Program-made: the position numbers and the translations under genes
In this document: one piece after another, positions 1-12,517 of the stretch
Numbering within the stretch: the stretch's first letter is position 1
How the letters are laid out: every line of letters starts with the position of its first letter
The notes under the pieces: model-generated
Database searches by the model: none
What the model was told of the DNA's origin: nothing
The model's input: the letters and a program-made list of their open reading frames with translations, nothing else
Source: Eledone cirrhosa
Taxonomy: Eukaryota
Direction: 5' to 3'
Assembly (NCBI GenBank): GCA_964016885.1
Contig: OZ024744.1
Span: forward strand, 69,502,001-69,566,000
DNA length: 64,000 nt

Positions 1-772
1 TTCCACGCTTATAGGGAGTTGGAGTCCTTCTTCGAGGTCTTTGATGTCTGGGATGGCCTCAATGCACTCCTGGTCAGTCTGTATTAGCATTTGCATGCTT
101 ATTCCTGACCAGTTCTCTTTTCCCATTCTCTGTATTTGCAGTATGGTTGTCTTCTCGATTCCAGCCAGTATAGACGCGGCTAGCCAAGGTATGGGCACGT
201 CGGGCGGCACCTGGGTCACTTTGACCATGATAATTTTCTGCCTGCAGTAGGGGGGCACCAAGACTATCTCCTCACTCTTTAGGGTTTCCAAAGAGTGAGA
301 CTTCGCCTCATGGAGGGTGGCGAAAAGTACGTCTACTGTGGCGTACCTTTTACCTCGGGTAATGTGGGTTTTGAACGCCCAGACGCACCCCATGGCCTTT
401 TGGATTTGAACCTCCGTGGCTCTTTCCACCCGATGTGAGATTTTGTTTACGGTGCGTTAAGTCACCGTGCGCAACTGCTGATCTTTGAAGAAATCGGGTG
501 CGGGTTTCAGGGAAACTCTATTGTCGTTTCTTAACACCATGGCTCCTGCGACTGCCATCTCCTCCTCCGTGACTGACACTGTCTCTATATTTCGGGCCAC
601 ACCTGCGAAAGAAGTGGCTCCTTTTTCAGCGGCACCATTATTGCTGCCGCTACTGCTTGTTGTTGGAGCTGTTGCTGTTGCTACTGTTACAAACGGTGTT
701 GTTGCTGTTGTTGCTGTTATCACTGTTGTAGTCAGTTGTGTTTTTGGTGCCACCGTTGTTGTTGTTTTCGGT
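1..772 (-). mobile_element. Fragment of L1/Tx1 retrotransposon ORF1 (third ORF1 variant; continues off the left window edge)
   Basis: Bases 1-460 align by eye with 27500-27965, the ORF1 core (RATE.QIQKA.G.VW..KTHITRGK.YATVDVLFAT..EAK). A Thr-rich stretch and SFAGVARNIET match SFAGIAKNLET. The 5' side is cut by a hammerhead element. Confidence 0.85.
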
Positions 773-807
773 GCTTAGTAGAGATTATACTCAGCAGGGT
801 ATTTTTG

Positions 808-866
808 TTTATAAAGTTCTGATGATTCCTGCCCCATGGTATGGATGAAACATTGTCAGCAAATAA
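808..866 (+). ncRNA. Minimal type I hammerhead ribozyme motif
   Basis: gtt-CTGATGA(819-825)-stem II-GAAAC-att-GTC-agc, followed by AATAAA. Confidence 0.75.
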
Positions 867-1006
867 AAATTGTATGAGTATGTAGGCGTTCTTTGATTTC
901 TTTTACATATAACGGCTCTGTTCTTGTACATTGAGCTAATACAATACTGTCACAAACACGACACGGTGCAGGTGCGTTTATGCACATACGCTCCGTTGTC
1001 TACGTA

Positions 1007-1089
<83 letters not shown>

Positions 1090-1094
<5 letters not shown>

Positions 1095-1550
1095 GAGGTT
1101 ATATTTAATTTGTTGGGATACAACAAGCTAAATATTTTTATAACTGATATAAAGCACTCAATAGATTATTGGAGTAAATATATAATATATTAACAAATGG
1201 AAACTATATTTATAAAACCATATTTATTTCATTATACATATTTCAAAGGCCACCAGAGCAAACTATGGTGCGCTTTCAACAGATAAAATATATTATAGGT
1301 TAGTTTTATAAATAAATATTGACATAACCTTAAAAAATGCAACCATTCTGGTTGTATTCTCCTGGATTCAAACCAGAATGGTTGCATTTTTTAAGAGTAT
1401 GCCAATATTTATTTATAAAACTAACCTATATTATATTTTATCTGTTGAAAGCGCACCATAGTTTGTCTGGTGGCCTTTGAAATATGTATAATGAAATAAA
1501 TATGGTTTTATAAATATAGTTTGCATTTGTTAATATATTATATATATATA
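1090..1550. repeat. Fold-back element with a hammerhead-like motif in both arms (same family as 42410-43100)
   Basis: Arms ~1180-1353 and 1371-1545 are reverse complements around a 17-nt loop. CTGTTGA...GAAATATGTA lies at 1442-1488. Flanked by (TA)n. Confidence 0.85.
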
Positions 1551-1700
1551 TATATAATATTTACGTAGACAACGGAGCGTATGTGCATAAACGCACCTGC
1601 ACCGTGTTGTGTTTGTGACAGTATTGTATTAGCTCAATGTACAAGAACAGAGCCGTTATATGTAAAAGAAATCAAAGAACGCCTACATACTCATACAATT

Positions 1701-1760
1701 TTTATTTGCTGACAATGTTTCATCCATACCATGGGGCAGGAATCATCAGAGCTTTATAAA
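1701..1760 (-). ncRNA. Minimal type I hammerhead ribozyme motif
   Basis: The minus strand reads gct-CTGATGA-ttcc...ggat-GAAAC-att-GTC-agc, with a perfect stem I (gct/agc). Confidence 0.8.
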
Positions 1761-2834
1761 CAAAAATACCCTGCTGAGTAAAAGCACTACCAAGCTTAGT
1801 CACATGAACATTAGATATACAGTACAGGATAATAAGAGGGAGATCGGAAATGGAAAGGATGGAGAGAATGCGTAATGGGGATTGTTATTCAACATTACAG
1901 CTACATATGAGGATATAGGCAGATTTTCTCACAAGAGGCGGAAGCATGTGAGGGCACACAGAAACAAATAAAGCATTCAACGATAGTTAAAATATAATAT
2001 TAATAAAGTAAAAGAAAAATAATAATATAAAAAGATAAATAAATAATTAAAAAAAAAATGTTAAGCACACTAAAGCCAGAGGAAGTTATGCGTTGGTCAC
2101 TACATAGAGCAGGTGATTTATTTCCATGACTTAGAGTAATAGAAATACTAAGAGGCCCCTAAGGGGTCCAAAGGAGATTTTATTCCTCCCCATAGTATAC
2201 ATAATCAGGGTATACTAGTAGGTAACGGAATTACGTGGACCAGGGGTGCTAAGTCTGCACATAGGCAGTCACCACATCAATACAAGCCAAACACAGACAA
2301 AGCGTGGTTAATGCATGATCAACCTGAAGCAAATAATACACAACAAATATGGTTTAATTCCTGTAAAAGGCACATCTGGCGAGGAGTCACAACATATGTA
2401 ATCCACCGTAAAAGTCAATCCAATCGGTTTCATAAGCCCCGATAAGCGAGGAGTTATAATATAAGTAGATCGTCCGTAGATGGTAATCCGGTCTAGAACT
2501 TACAACATATGTAGATCGTCCGTAAAGTTTTTTTTTATTTTATAATTATTTATTTATCTTTTTATATTATCATTTTTCTTTTACTTTATTATTATTATAT
2601 ATTTTTAACTATCGTTAAATGCTTTATTTGTTTCTGTGTGCCCTCACATGCTTCCGCCTCTTGTGAGAAAATCAGCCTATATCCTCACATGTAGCTGTAA
2701 TGTTGAATAACAATCCCCATTACGCATTCTCTCCATCCTTTCCATTTCCGATCTCCCTCTTATTATCCTGTACTGTATATCTAATGTTCATGTGACTAAG
2801 CTTGGTAGAGCTTATACTCAGCAGGGTATTTTTG

Positions 2835-2893
2835 TTTATAAATCTCTGATGATTTCTTCCCCATGGTATGGATGAAACATTGTCAGCAAATAA
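2835..2893 (+). ncRNA. Minimal type I hammerhead ribozyme motif (third copy)
   Basis: CTGATGA at 2846-2852, then GAAACATTGTC-agc. There is one stem I mismatch. Confidence 0.7.
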
Positions 2894-2930
2894 AAATTGT
2901 ATGAGTATGTAGGCGTTCTTTGATTTCTTT

Positions 2931-2993
<63 letters not shown>

Positions 2994-3059
2994 ATTCTAT
3001 CATTACAACAGCAGAGGTCTGACAAGCTTTTGATTTCAGAGTTGGGCCAGATCGATATA

Positions 3060-3104
3060 GATTGAACCTTGAGCTGATCAATAGCGAAACGCGCGTCACC
3101 AATC
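3060..3104 (+). ncRNA. Degenerate hammerhead-like motif
   Basis: gattg..ccttga-gct/agc stem-GAAAC-GCGC-GTC..caatc, followed by AATAAA. The first core box is damaged. Confidence 0.4.
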
Positions 3105-3261
3105 AATAAACGTAATGAAGGCTTAACAAATCGTCCTTGTATTATTATATTACATTTTGTTTAGCTCTACACCTCGCTACTGACGTGAACCTAAACATCG
3201 AGTGCTCACCTGGGTGAACCTACAGTAACTTCACGTTACACTCCCGGGATATATATATATA

Positions 3262-3670
3262 TATGTATATAAATGTAAGTCCAAGGAATCATTAGATAAA
3301 ATATATACAGTATTTCCTCTCCCAATCAGTATAAATTAACCACACAAAAAATCATTTAAACAAGGCTATAAGTTTAAAATGTACTTATGTACAGGCTAGA
3401 AGAAATAATTAGGTAAGTGCCATATGGCTGTACATCGTGGAAAAGAATCTGTATCATTTGTCTATTATTTCTTCATAAGTACATTTTAAATTTATAGCCT
3501 CGTTTAAATGATTTTTTGTGTGGTTAATTTATACTGATTGGGAGAGGAAATATTGTATATATTTTATCTAATGATTCTTTGGACTTACATTTATATATAT
3601 TGCTCTGATTAATAATTATTTAATTAATTCTTCATTGAGCCACACCGTGAATGGCTGCCAAACTCATATA
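3262..3670. repeat. Fold-back element between (TA)n tracts with an eroded hammerhead-like motif
   Basis: ~3266-3389 is the reverse complement of ~3474-3600. The motif tata-CTGATTG..GAAATATTGTA-tata at ~3529-3561 lacks stem II. Confidence 0.75.
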
Positions 3671-3804
3671 TGTATATGTGATTATGTCTAATTATATATA
3701 TATATATATACCCTTTGAATTGAATATCTATATCTCTCTCTATATATATATACACATATATATACACACAGTTTTATAAGCATTATTATTGGTGCAACAA
3801 AGGT

Positions 3805-4268
3805 GGGGGTTTTGCAGTATCGGTAGAGCGTCAGACACCATGCTTTGTGGCATAGAGTTATGACCCTTTATGTTCTGAGTTCAAATCCCGCCGATGTTAG
3901 ATTTGCCTTTCATCCTTACGGGGTCGATAAAATAAAGTACCAGTAAAGTATTGGGGTTGATTTAATTGACTTTACCCTCCCTAAAACGGTTGGCCTTGTG
4001 CCTGTATCAGAAACCATTATTGAAGCGACCCCACATGTTTTAAACTGTGGTAGATTGGCAGAATCGTTAAAGAGTTAAACAACATTCTTTGTCTTATTTG
4101 TTACAACTCTTAACGATCAGAGTTCAAATCTCATCAAAGTCAACCTTGCCTTTCATCTTTCCAAGGATCTAAATATAATGTATCAGTAAAGCCCTGGGGT
4201 CGATATAATTGATTTTTTTCTCATCCTAAAATTGTAGGCATTATGCCTAAATTAGAAACGATTATTAT
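3805..4268 (+). mobile_element. Two tandem tRNA-derived SINEs
   Basis: A-box-like TGGCAG.ATCG.TA, B-box GAGTTCAAATC, central GCCTTTCATCCTT..GGGGTCGATAAAAT domain (resembles the MetaSINE/Sauria-type core from recall) and an AGAAAC.ATTATT tail. Confidence 0.85.
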
Positions 4269-4399
4269 CGGAACTAGAATATTGATACATATTACATCAT
4301 TAAGCCTTTTCCCCTTAAACATTTTCGTGTTTGTGTGTGTGTGTGTGTTGCATTATCTCTAATCCATTAATTCCCAATATTGTACGGTACATTTCTTTC

Positions 4400-4790
4400 C
4401 AGTGCTTTTAAATAATTTCTCTTTTATCAAAGTAATCGCGGTGGGTCTTTTGTTCTACGAATCTCAAAGTAATTCCTCAGGTAAATCCGTGAAGGTCCAT
4501 AGCTTAGTGAATCAATTAAAGCTTTGTAGGTCGTAGAAAGGCAGGTTATGGGTCTGCATGTGTTTGAGTTTGCCGTTTCTTTAGTCTTGGGAATTCAAAT
4601 GTTTTCCAAGTTATTGAGTCAGTCAAGTGCTGATTTCAGTTCTTTCAGAATGTTATTTGATATTTTTCCTAACACTTTTATGTGTGCTTGTTAAAAATTT
4701 TAAACATAAGTATAGAATTGTATATCCTGGTGCCTTCTAGTTTTTTGGCTTACGTAACATCTGGATTATTTTTGTTGTTATGGCCTGTCT
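4400..4790 (-). mobile_element. Possible highly decayed non-LTR (R4-like) RT fragment
   Basis: The minus strand encodes KN*KAPG...LKFLTSTH, resembling NWKSPGPD of the Dong-like element at 20530. Confidence 0.3.
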
Positions 4791-5237
4791 CAATCACTCA
4801 AATACAGTGTTTGATGTTTTGAACAATTCCCCAATTGTGGTTCCCTCACTTATTACACTTCTTCATATTCTACTTCTCTTGTGATTGGGGTTTGGTTGAT
4901 ATCTATTTTATTTTTACTTTGACAAATCTTATTTTGTTCAAAGGATTATTATTGCATTTCATAACAACGGAATCTGTACAATTTAGAAAGGGTTTCTTGA
5001 TTCGAATGTTTTTTTATTTTGGATATTAGTTATTTTATGTTATATTTCTGTAGTATTACTCTCTCTCTCTCTCTCTCTCTTTCCCCCCTCTCTCTCTCTT
5101 TCTCTCTCTCTCTCTCTGTCCCTCTCTCCTTTTCTTTAAATTATCTTTTCGATAGTTATTTCATTAAGGATTGGGAGATATTTCCGTATATTTTCCATAT
5201 TGTGCTGTTTGTTTTTCGGGTGCTTTGCTTGAATATA

Positions 5238-5785
5238 GCGCGAACTGGAATGGCTCTTCCAGTACGTCTCCCTCACCATCCTCCGGGGAAACGCCTTCTC
5301 TATTCTGCCCACCGGGGCCACGAGGCATCCATCACGTGGGCCCCCATTGGCTCATGATAGTGAAGTTTTAGGGAGAGGGTGGAGAGACAGAGGCAGTGAC
5401 AGTGGGAATTCGTTCCCTTTGTGTTCGGACCCTGCTGTATATGTATTTACCGCGCCGCACACAAATTCATCACATATAGAAGTTGAATATTTATCTTATG
5501 GATCCAGGATCAAGGATTTGAATCTTTAACTCTATGCACAGCTACCACTTACAAAGTAAAATAATTATAGAAAATATTGTTTTTAACTAAAGCTTTGGCT
5601 GTAACTATGCTGTTGTAATATATTTCATTTACAATAGTTTATAACTTTGCCTATTAACCCGTATGGTGAGCAAATGGGGTCCCACGTGCTGGCCTCCCGA
5701 CAGTCCCGGCGGACAGGATGGAGAAGGCGTTTCCCCGGATGATGGTAAGGGAAATGTGCTGGAAGAGCCATTCAAACTCGCGAGG
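5238..5785. repeat. GC-rich diverged inverted repeat pair (MITE/fold-back-like)
   Basis: ~5238-5359 is the reverse complement of ~5662-5785, sharing GAATGGCTCTTCCAG and CCGGGGAAACGCCTTCTC. Confidence 0.7.
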
Positions 5786-6359
5786 CTCGCACCTGCGGCT
5801 TATGTGTACACACGTTATTTAACTTGTTCTGGTGATATCGCTGTGTGCCTGTCTTCATTAAGTCTGGTATAGTAATGCCGGCTTCTTTCATCATTGCTAT
5901 CTTATTGTAAAGTTATATATCCCTGATACATTATCGTTAACTACATTAATAATCACATTGGTTTCAGCTATTTACCTGTATCCATATTTAGTTTATTGTC
6001 ATATTCAAAATGTCTAATCTTCCTGTTTTTTTCTTATACTTTTTTTGTCCTTTATTTTGTTTTCAGAATTAATTCCTGTTGATTCTACGCAGTGCACTCT
6101 ACATGTAAATGGAGTTCCACTGAAGAAGTTCACCCACATCAGGAATTACATTATCATTCCTAAGCATGCCATTTATCTCCTGCTAGAATCTCTTCAGATT
6201 TTGTTGGAAACACATTCTGTTTATGCTACATGACCGGTTGTTCATCACCCTAATGCTTGCAGCTTTGGCAGGTACCTTTTGCTTAAGCTTCTCGTTTACC
6301 ATAATAATCTGCTTTCTCCTGATATTTTACTTCTCTTTAAGTTATTCAATAGTATTACT

Positions 6360-6550
6360 GTGGATTGGCAGTATCGGTGGAGCGTCAGGCACCATGCTTT
6401 ACAGTATAGAGTTAAGGCCCTTTACGTTACGAGTTCAAATCCCACCGAGGTTAACTTTGCCTTTCATCCTTACGGGCTCGATAAAATAAAGTACCAGTAA
6501 TACACTGGGGCTTATTGCTGGCCTTGTACCAAAAGTATCAACAATTATTT
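6360..6550 (+). mobile_element. tRNA-derived SINE
   Basis: Same head, B-box, core and tail as 3805-4020. Confidence 0.85.
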
Positions 6551-6984
6551 CTGTTGTTGTTAATGTAGTTTCGTGGTCGTCGTCGTCGTCGTCGCCGATG
6601 TTGTTGTTGTTGTTGTAGTTGCTGGTGGAAGTGGGGGTGGCATGCTACTGGTATCCTGTAAATAAGACAACCCTACCGAAGCCATTCTGACAGTAATTTA
6701 AATGTTTAGGGAATTTGTTTTTTTTTGTTGTTGTTGTTGTTGTTTTCTTTCCGTTCAAGCTACTCTTTCAGGGCTTCATGATGCTCTGTAAATATTTCAA
6801 GGAGAGCAATATAGACCCCTGATTGCTCGTATTCTCCTGGCATCATTTGTTTTTTCCCAGAAAATCCATATCTAGCTCGTCAGTCTAAAATGGAACTATT
6901 GTAACTCGTCATAAACTTTCTACAAGCATGTATACACATACAATCAAATACAACAACTCTCAAATACAATCAAATACAATCAAA

Positions 6985-8620
6985 TACAACTCTCGCGAAT
7001 AAAATATGGCAACTCAAAAATGCAGGCACTAAATACGAGATCAGCTGGAAAATACTATCAACTGCTAAAGCCTATAACACTGGCTGGTATGTCCCATTGT
7101 AGACTCTGTAATATGGAGCTCTTCCAAATTCTTAATTTTAGTAAAACCCTTCTTAACAGTAGAATTGAGCGAACTATTTTTTGCCGGCATAAATCAGCCT
7201 CTAAGTTCCTGAATAACTTAACTCCATTTTCTTCTCCTTATTCCTTTTTACACTTCTTGAACTTATTACCATATCAAATCACCACAAACTTCACAACTAT
7301 GTATGAATAACCTAAAAACATTTGTATTAACATCATTATTTTTATTTTTATTTTTTATTTATATTTGCATTATTTATTACCTTATATATATATACATCTT
7401 TCAATCTCTACACTTAAACATATCCTATCTCGATCATTTTATCTTATAATATAATACATCTCAAACTAGCTATTTTACATAGTAATGTATACTCGTCCGT
7501 GTGTTTATTTTCTTCTTCTCTCTATTCTTCATATCCGTATATTAATTTTCTCTTCTATATTGTTTCTTCTCTCTTCTTACACTTCCCCATATTCTTGATT
7601 AATTTCTATCTCCTCATCCCTCTCAATCTTCCTCTATCTCTTTCTCATCTTCCTTACTTATCCTTCCTCTTCGCCTATGATATATTCCCCTCCCTCTCTC
7701 CTTCTCTACACATATCTTTATTATTATCAATATCACATGTATTTTAATACGATAGGTTGATTTCGTAAAATTGCCGGTTATACTTTTAACTATATCTTAG
7801 CTCCTTCTTTCTGTCTAGTATTGATGTAGTAGTTTGAATGTTTAAGTTTACCGTTTCGCATATATTTTATATTTCTTAATGGTCTCTGAGGAAATGGTTG
7901 AATTTAAATGTATTGTAAGTATTTAGCAATTTATAGACAATTCTACCATGGAAACAATTGTAAGACTATAAATAAATTTCCTTGTTTGTTTTGTCAACCA
8001 TGTTATTCTTAACTTTTTTATTACTCCAAGATATATTTACAAAGGAATACAAGCATAATTGTCACCAAAGTAAACATCTTGTTGATTCACATATTACCGT
8101 GTGCTTAAACTGTCCATGAGACGTTGTTTTCGCAGACTCTTATCGGAGTACCTTTAACAATTTATTGTTATTCTACATACCAAGCTCCCATCTGGTTGAG
8201 CAACCAATTTCGTGCACGGCATTAATATGGAAAAACACTATATTGGTATGTCCCTAAAAAACATATCTATACCTACAAATAAGGAATATATGCTCGGTAT
8301 GATACAAAGAACTAATGACTTTATCCGTAGAATCAGATGGAAAGCATATCATTACGATAAAGGACATAATAATAGTGATCGAATTAATGGATCTACCAGC
8401 GAAAACTTTGAATTCAAATCCTGCAAAAATCCACCAGGCAACCCACATCTTGATGCCTTTTAACTTGACCTTATGAACATGATAAAGGAAATTAAATTCG
8501 AAAAACGTACCCACCACAACAAACTACAGAACAACATCAACGTACTTCTAAGAAAATTACATGCAACTAATAGTATCATTATAAAGGCAGATAAAACATC
8601 TAATGTATACAACATGAACC
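6985..8620 (+). mobile_element. Penelope-like (Naiad-type) element 5' part: pLTR (GIY-YIG C-terminus, 3' UTR, hammerhead) followed by the ORF N-terminus
   Basis: 6985-7215 encodes TTLANKIWQLK..YEISWKIL..AKAY / CRLCNME..LLNSRIE..FCRHK. 8227-8620 encodes SLKNISIPTNKEY..IRRIRWKA..IIKADKTSNVY, homologous to VHADKTNNIY of ORF 54183-56468. This is the partial-tandem layout typical of PLEs. Confidence 0.85.
7881..7967 (+). ncRNA. Type I hammerhead ribozyme in a PLE pLTR
   Basis: ggtct-CTGAGGA-long stem II (atggt.gaat/attc.accat)-GAAAC-aatt-GTA-agact, followed by AATAAA. Confidence 0.85.
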
Positions 8621-11600
8621 TGCTGATTTACATTCTCTACCACATGTTTGACAAGCATGATGAGTAGCATCTCCAACAGCAGCCTGGTAGTCAACCACTG
8701 GTCTTACTTTATGAATGCGAAGATGACTTTCGAGTCCAGCTTTGCTTAGGCAGAGTCTCGCACAGACGCTGCATGTCAGCATCATAGGAGGACCTTCGCC
8801 GTCTGGAAGTGCAACAGCAATGCCCTTCCTCACATCCCGCTTTACTTTCTCGTATGCGATTCGAGATGCCTCAAAGGCAACTTTTCCCTCATATACAGTC
8901 TTTCTCTATGTATTACGATCAGCAGCAATATTTTCCCATCTATCAGCAAAGATGTTAGCGTCTTTCAAAAAAGGCTTTCAAGGAATCCTTGTACATCTTT
9001 TTTGGTTTATGTGGCGGTCGTTTTCCTTTAACTAACTCTCCATAAAAGAATTGTTTTAGTATTCTAGAATCCTTCATCCTGGCAAGGTGACCACTCCAAC
9101 GGAGTCGTTGCTTAAGCACAAGAGCTTCTATACTGTCACACATAGAACTTTCCAAAATCTCGATATCACTGATGTGATCCCTCCAGTGAACGCCATGGAT
9201 CCGTCTGAGACACATCTGATGGAAACGCTCCAATTGTTTAAGGTGGTGTCGATATGTGACCCAAGTCTCGCAGGCATAAATAAGAGAAGAGAGCACACAT
9301 GCCTTGTACACCTTTATCTTTCTTGCATATGTCTCGCCGACCCCAGAGTCGCCTTTCTAGCTTTCCGAAAGCATCACTTGCTTTCCTGATCCTAAGTGAG
9401 ATTTCACTATCAAGGTTGCTGTATCGATTGACAGTGCTTCCCAGGTATACAAACTGATCAACCACTCCAAGTCGTTTACCATACAGATAGATATTTGGTT
9501 CACTGTACTGGTTACCAGAGGCAGGTTGGTACATGACGACGGTTTTCTTGAGACTGACAGTCAATCCTAGGGCAGTTCAAGCATTAGAAAATGCATTCAA
9601 AATGTGCTGCATATTACTCTCTGTGTGCGCTACAAGATCGCAATCATCTGCATACAAGAGGTCTCTTATGATTGATGTAAATACTTTTGTCTTTGAAGCA
9701 AAGCGCCTGATTTTAAATATGCTGCCTGAGGTTCGATATCGGATGTAAACACCATGCTCGCAATTCCTGAATGCAATACAGAAAACCATTGCAAAGTATA
9801 TGCTGGAATATCCCCCTGTTTCACTCCATTTTTTACTGAAATAGGCTCCGACATGTTACCTCCGACATTAACCCAGGCCTTCATGTCGTCATGGAAAGAC
9901 CTAACTAAAGCAAGGAACTTATCAGGACAACCAAGTTTCTGGAGAACCTTCCATAATGCATTTCTGTTAACAGTATCGAAAGCTTTTGTCAGATCGACAA
10001 AAACCTGATACAGATCCAAACCTTGTTCCATGCACTTCTCCTCGAGCTGTCTAGCAGAGAAGATCATATCAGTAGTGCCGCGTCCGGCACGAAGACCAGA
10101 TTGACTTTCAGGAAGAACACAATCTGCAATGCGTGTCAGCAGAAGGTCCAGAAGCACCCTACATAACACTTTACCTACGACAGAAAGCAATGATATACCT
10201 CTGTAGTTCCCACAATCATTCCTGTTACCCTTTCCTTTGCACAAGACCACCATTACTGCATCTCTCCAGTCCTCAGGTACGGATTCATTAGCCCATATCC
10301 TGCCGAACAAAGAGTGAAGATGTTGCAGGAGTCTCTCACCACCATATTGTAGGAGCTCAGCATGTATGCCATCCATACCTGGAAACCGTCCACTGTTCAG
10401 CTTCGAAATAGCCACTGCAACCTCCACAAGCGTCGGAGGTTCTGCGAGAGCTACTTTCACAGGACTTTCTGGAATGAGATTGAGGAAATCTTCATTGACG
10501 ACAGACGGCTGATTCAAAAGATCATCAAAGTGCTCTCGCCACTTCGTAAAATTCCTTGTGAGTCACGAAGAAGTTCTTTGCCATCCTTGCTGCGAAGCGG
10601 TGTCACCAGAGAAGACGGCCCATAAACTTCACGCAAGAGACTGTATAACAGCTTTGTGTTATTGGAATCTGACGCAGTTTGTATCTCATCAGCCTTCTCA
10701 CTCCACCACTGATCCTTCATCTGATAAAGACTCCGCCTAACACGTGATTTTACATCCTTGAGTTCCTTATGCAACGTATTCTTCTCCTGTGGTTTTGCCG
10801 TCAAGTAGCATGACAGAGCACGCCTCTTATCAGCCAACAAGTCTTCTATATGTACATCCCTCTCATTAAACCAGTCCTGATGTTTTCTCGGCACCAATCC
10901 CAGAACACGCCTGCCTACATCATAAACCGACTTTTTAAGGGTCGGCCAATCCTCACCAACATCTGCAACCTGCATCTCTTCTTGCAATGCCCTCTTCACA
11001 TTTTTATCCTTAAGACGAGCAACATTCAATCTTCTGGGTAGGGCAACACCAGGAGCCCGGATTTTACGTTTAGTGATTAGTTTCACTTTTACGCGTACCA
11101 GGCGGTGGTCCGTCCAGCACTCAGCTCCACGAAGAGCACGAACACACTGCACATCCTGTCTGTCACGCATCCTGACTAGGACGTAGTCCAAAAGATGCCA
11201 TTCCTTAGTGCAGGATGCATCCATGTGGTCTTGAATTTGTTCTTTTGTTGGAACATAGTGTTGGTAACACACAGATCCAGCTCCTCACACATCTGCAGCA
11301 GGAGCATACCATTGTTGTTACACTTTCCCACCCCATGCCTTCCGATTACATTCCATGTAAAAATGTTAAAATCCCTACCCACTCTAGCATTAAAGTCACC
11401 AAGCACGATGACTTTATCTGCCTGAGGGATATTTCTTAAAACACCTTTCAAGGCATGGTAAAGGACACTTTTTCTTCATCGAAAGAATTCATAGTTGGAG
11501 CATACACACTCACCAGGATCGCATATCTTCCTTTGTCCAGCGGAATTCTCATGGACATAAGACGCTCACTAATCCCTACTGGGAATTCTTCTAATGTATT

Positions 11601-11970
11601 CACAAGAACAGTCTTAACAGCTAATCCTACCCCAGCCTCTCTTCTGGTTCCTTCATCTCTTCCTTTCCAGAAGAATGTATATTCTCCACAAAATTCTGTA
11701 AGATGACCATCTCCAGCTAACCTCGTCTTAAATAAATCTATGATGTCAAGATCGTAACGTCGAAGCTCCTTTGCAACAAGAGCGGTCCTTCGTTCAGGAC
11801 GCCCCAAGGAATCCCTGTCAAGCAGCGTCCGTACGTTCCAGCAGCCAAGACTAAATGCCTTGTTTGGCTCTATTACAGTGGCACGATGGCGAGCGGGCCC
11901 AGGCTGTGATAACCTGTGGCCCCTGCCCTTATTGCCAATTATCTCCTTTATATTGTTTTGGAACATCATT
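8620..11970 (-). mobile_element. Near full-length decayed RTE-clade (BovB-like) LINE: AP endonuclease, RT and C2H2 finger
   Basis: Frameshifted ORFs contain GCWNVRTL, SVYAPT, LGDFNARVG, LLDYVL, TDHRLV, YRGISLLS, FVDLTKAFD, GVKQG, LLYADD, LRWSGH and CSVC..GLESHLRIH. Confidence 0.92.
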
Positions 11971-12013
11971 GAATTGGGGGGGAAAAAAAGGTAATAATAA
12001 TGGTAACAATAAT

Positions 12014-12194
12014 AATAACTGTTTCTACTTTAGGCACAAGGCCAGCAATTACCCAGTGCATTACTGGTACTTTATTTTATCGACCCCGTAAGGATGAAAG
12101 GCAAAGTTAACCCTGGCTGGATTTGAACTCAGACCGCAAAGGAACGTAACACTACGGTGCAAAGCATGGCGTCTAACCCTCTACCGATACTGCC
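12014..12194 (-). mobile_element. tRNA-derived SINE, head truncated at the (AAT)n tract
   Basis: Reverse complement of the SINE family at 6360. Confidence 0.85.

Positions 12195-12254
<60 letters not shown>
12195..12254. repeat. (AAT)n microsatellite, tail or target of Tx1 copy A
   Basis: Direct reading. Similar tracts lie at 18285-18304, 22735-22781, 28806-28886 and 34683-34707. Confidence 0.98.
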
Positions 12255-12256
<2 letters not shown>

Positions 12257-12517
12257 TTTCTTTATTAACCACAAGGGTTTACATAAAGTAGACATTAAGG
12301 ACAGTGCAGGACAATGCAGGACGGTACAAATGGGCATTTCTGCGTGTAAAAAAAACAAAAACAGAGGATGTAACAAAAATAACAATGAAAATAACAATGA
12401 AAAATTCCCCAATAGGGGGGAGACTTCGGAGGGACATTTGTGGAGAAAGCCCAGTAAAAAGCCACAATGACCCTGACCACCAAGGCAAGTGCCCTCTCCC
12501 AGTTTTCCACCTTTAGT

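Larger units (their letters stand above)
773..2937. repeat. Three-arm inverted-repeat complex of a Penelope pLTR-like non-coding element
   Basis: 773-1010 is the reverse complement of ~1555-1796. ~1660-2058 is the reverse complement of ~2528-2937. The arms end in (TA)n and each has a hammerhead motif. Confidence 0.85.

Noticed and set aside
5735-5770. Hammerhead in the GC-rich inverted repeat (CGGATGA..GAAA)
   Set aside because: There is no stem II, the core has mismatches, and the other arm lacks GAAA.
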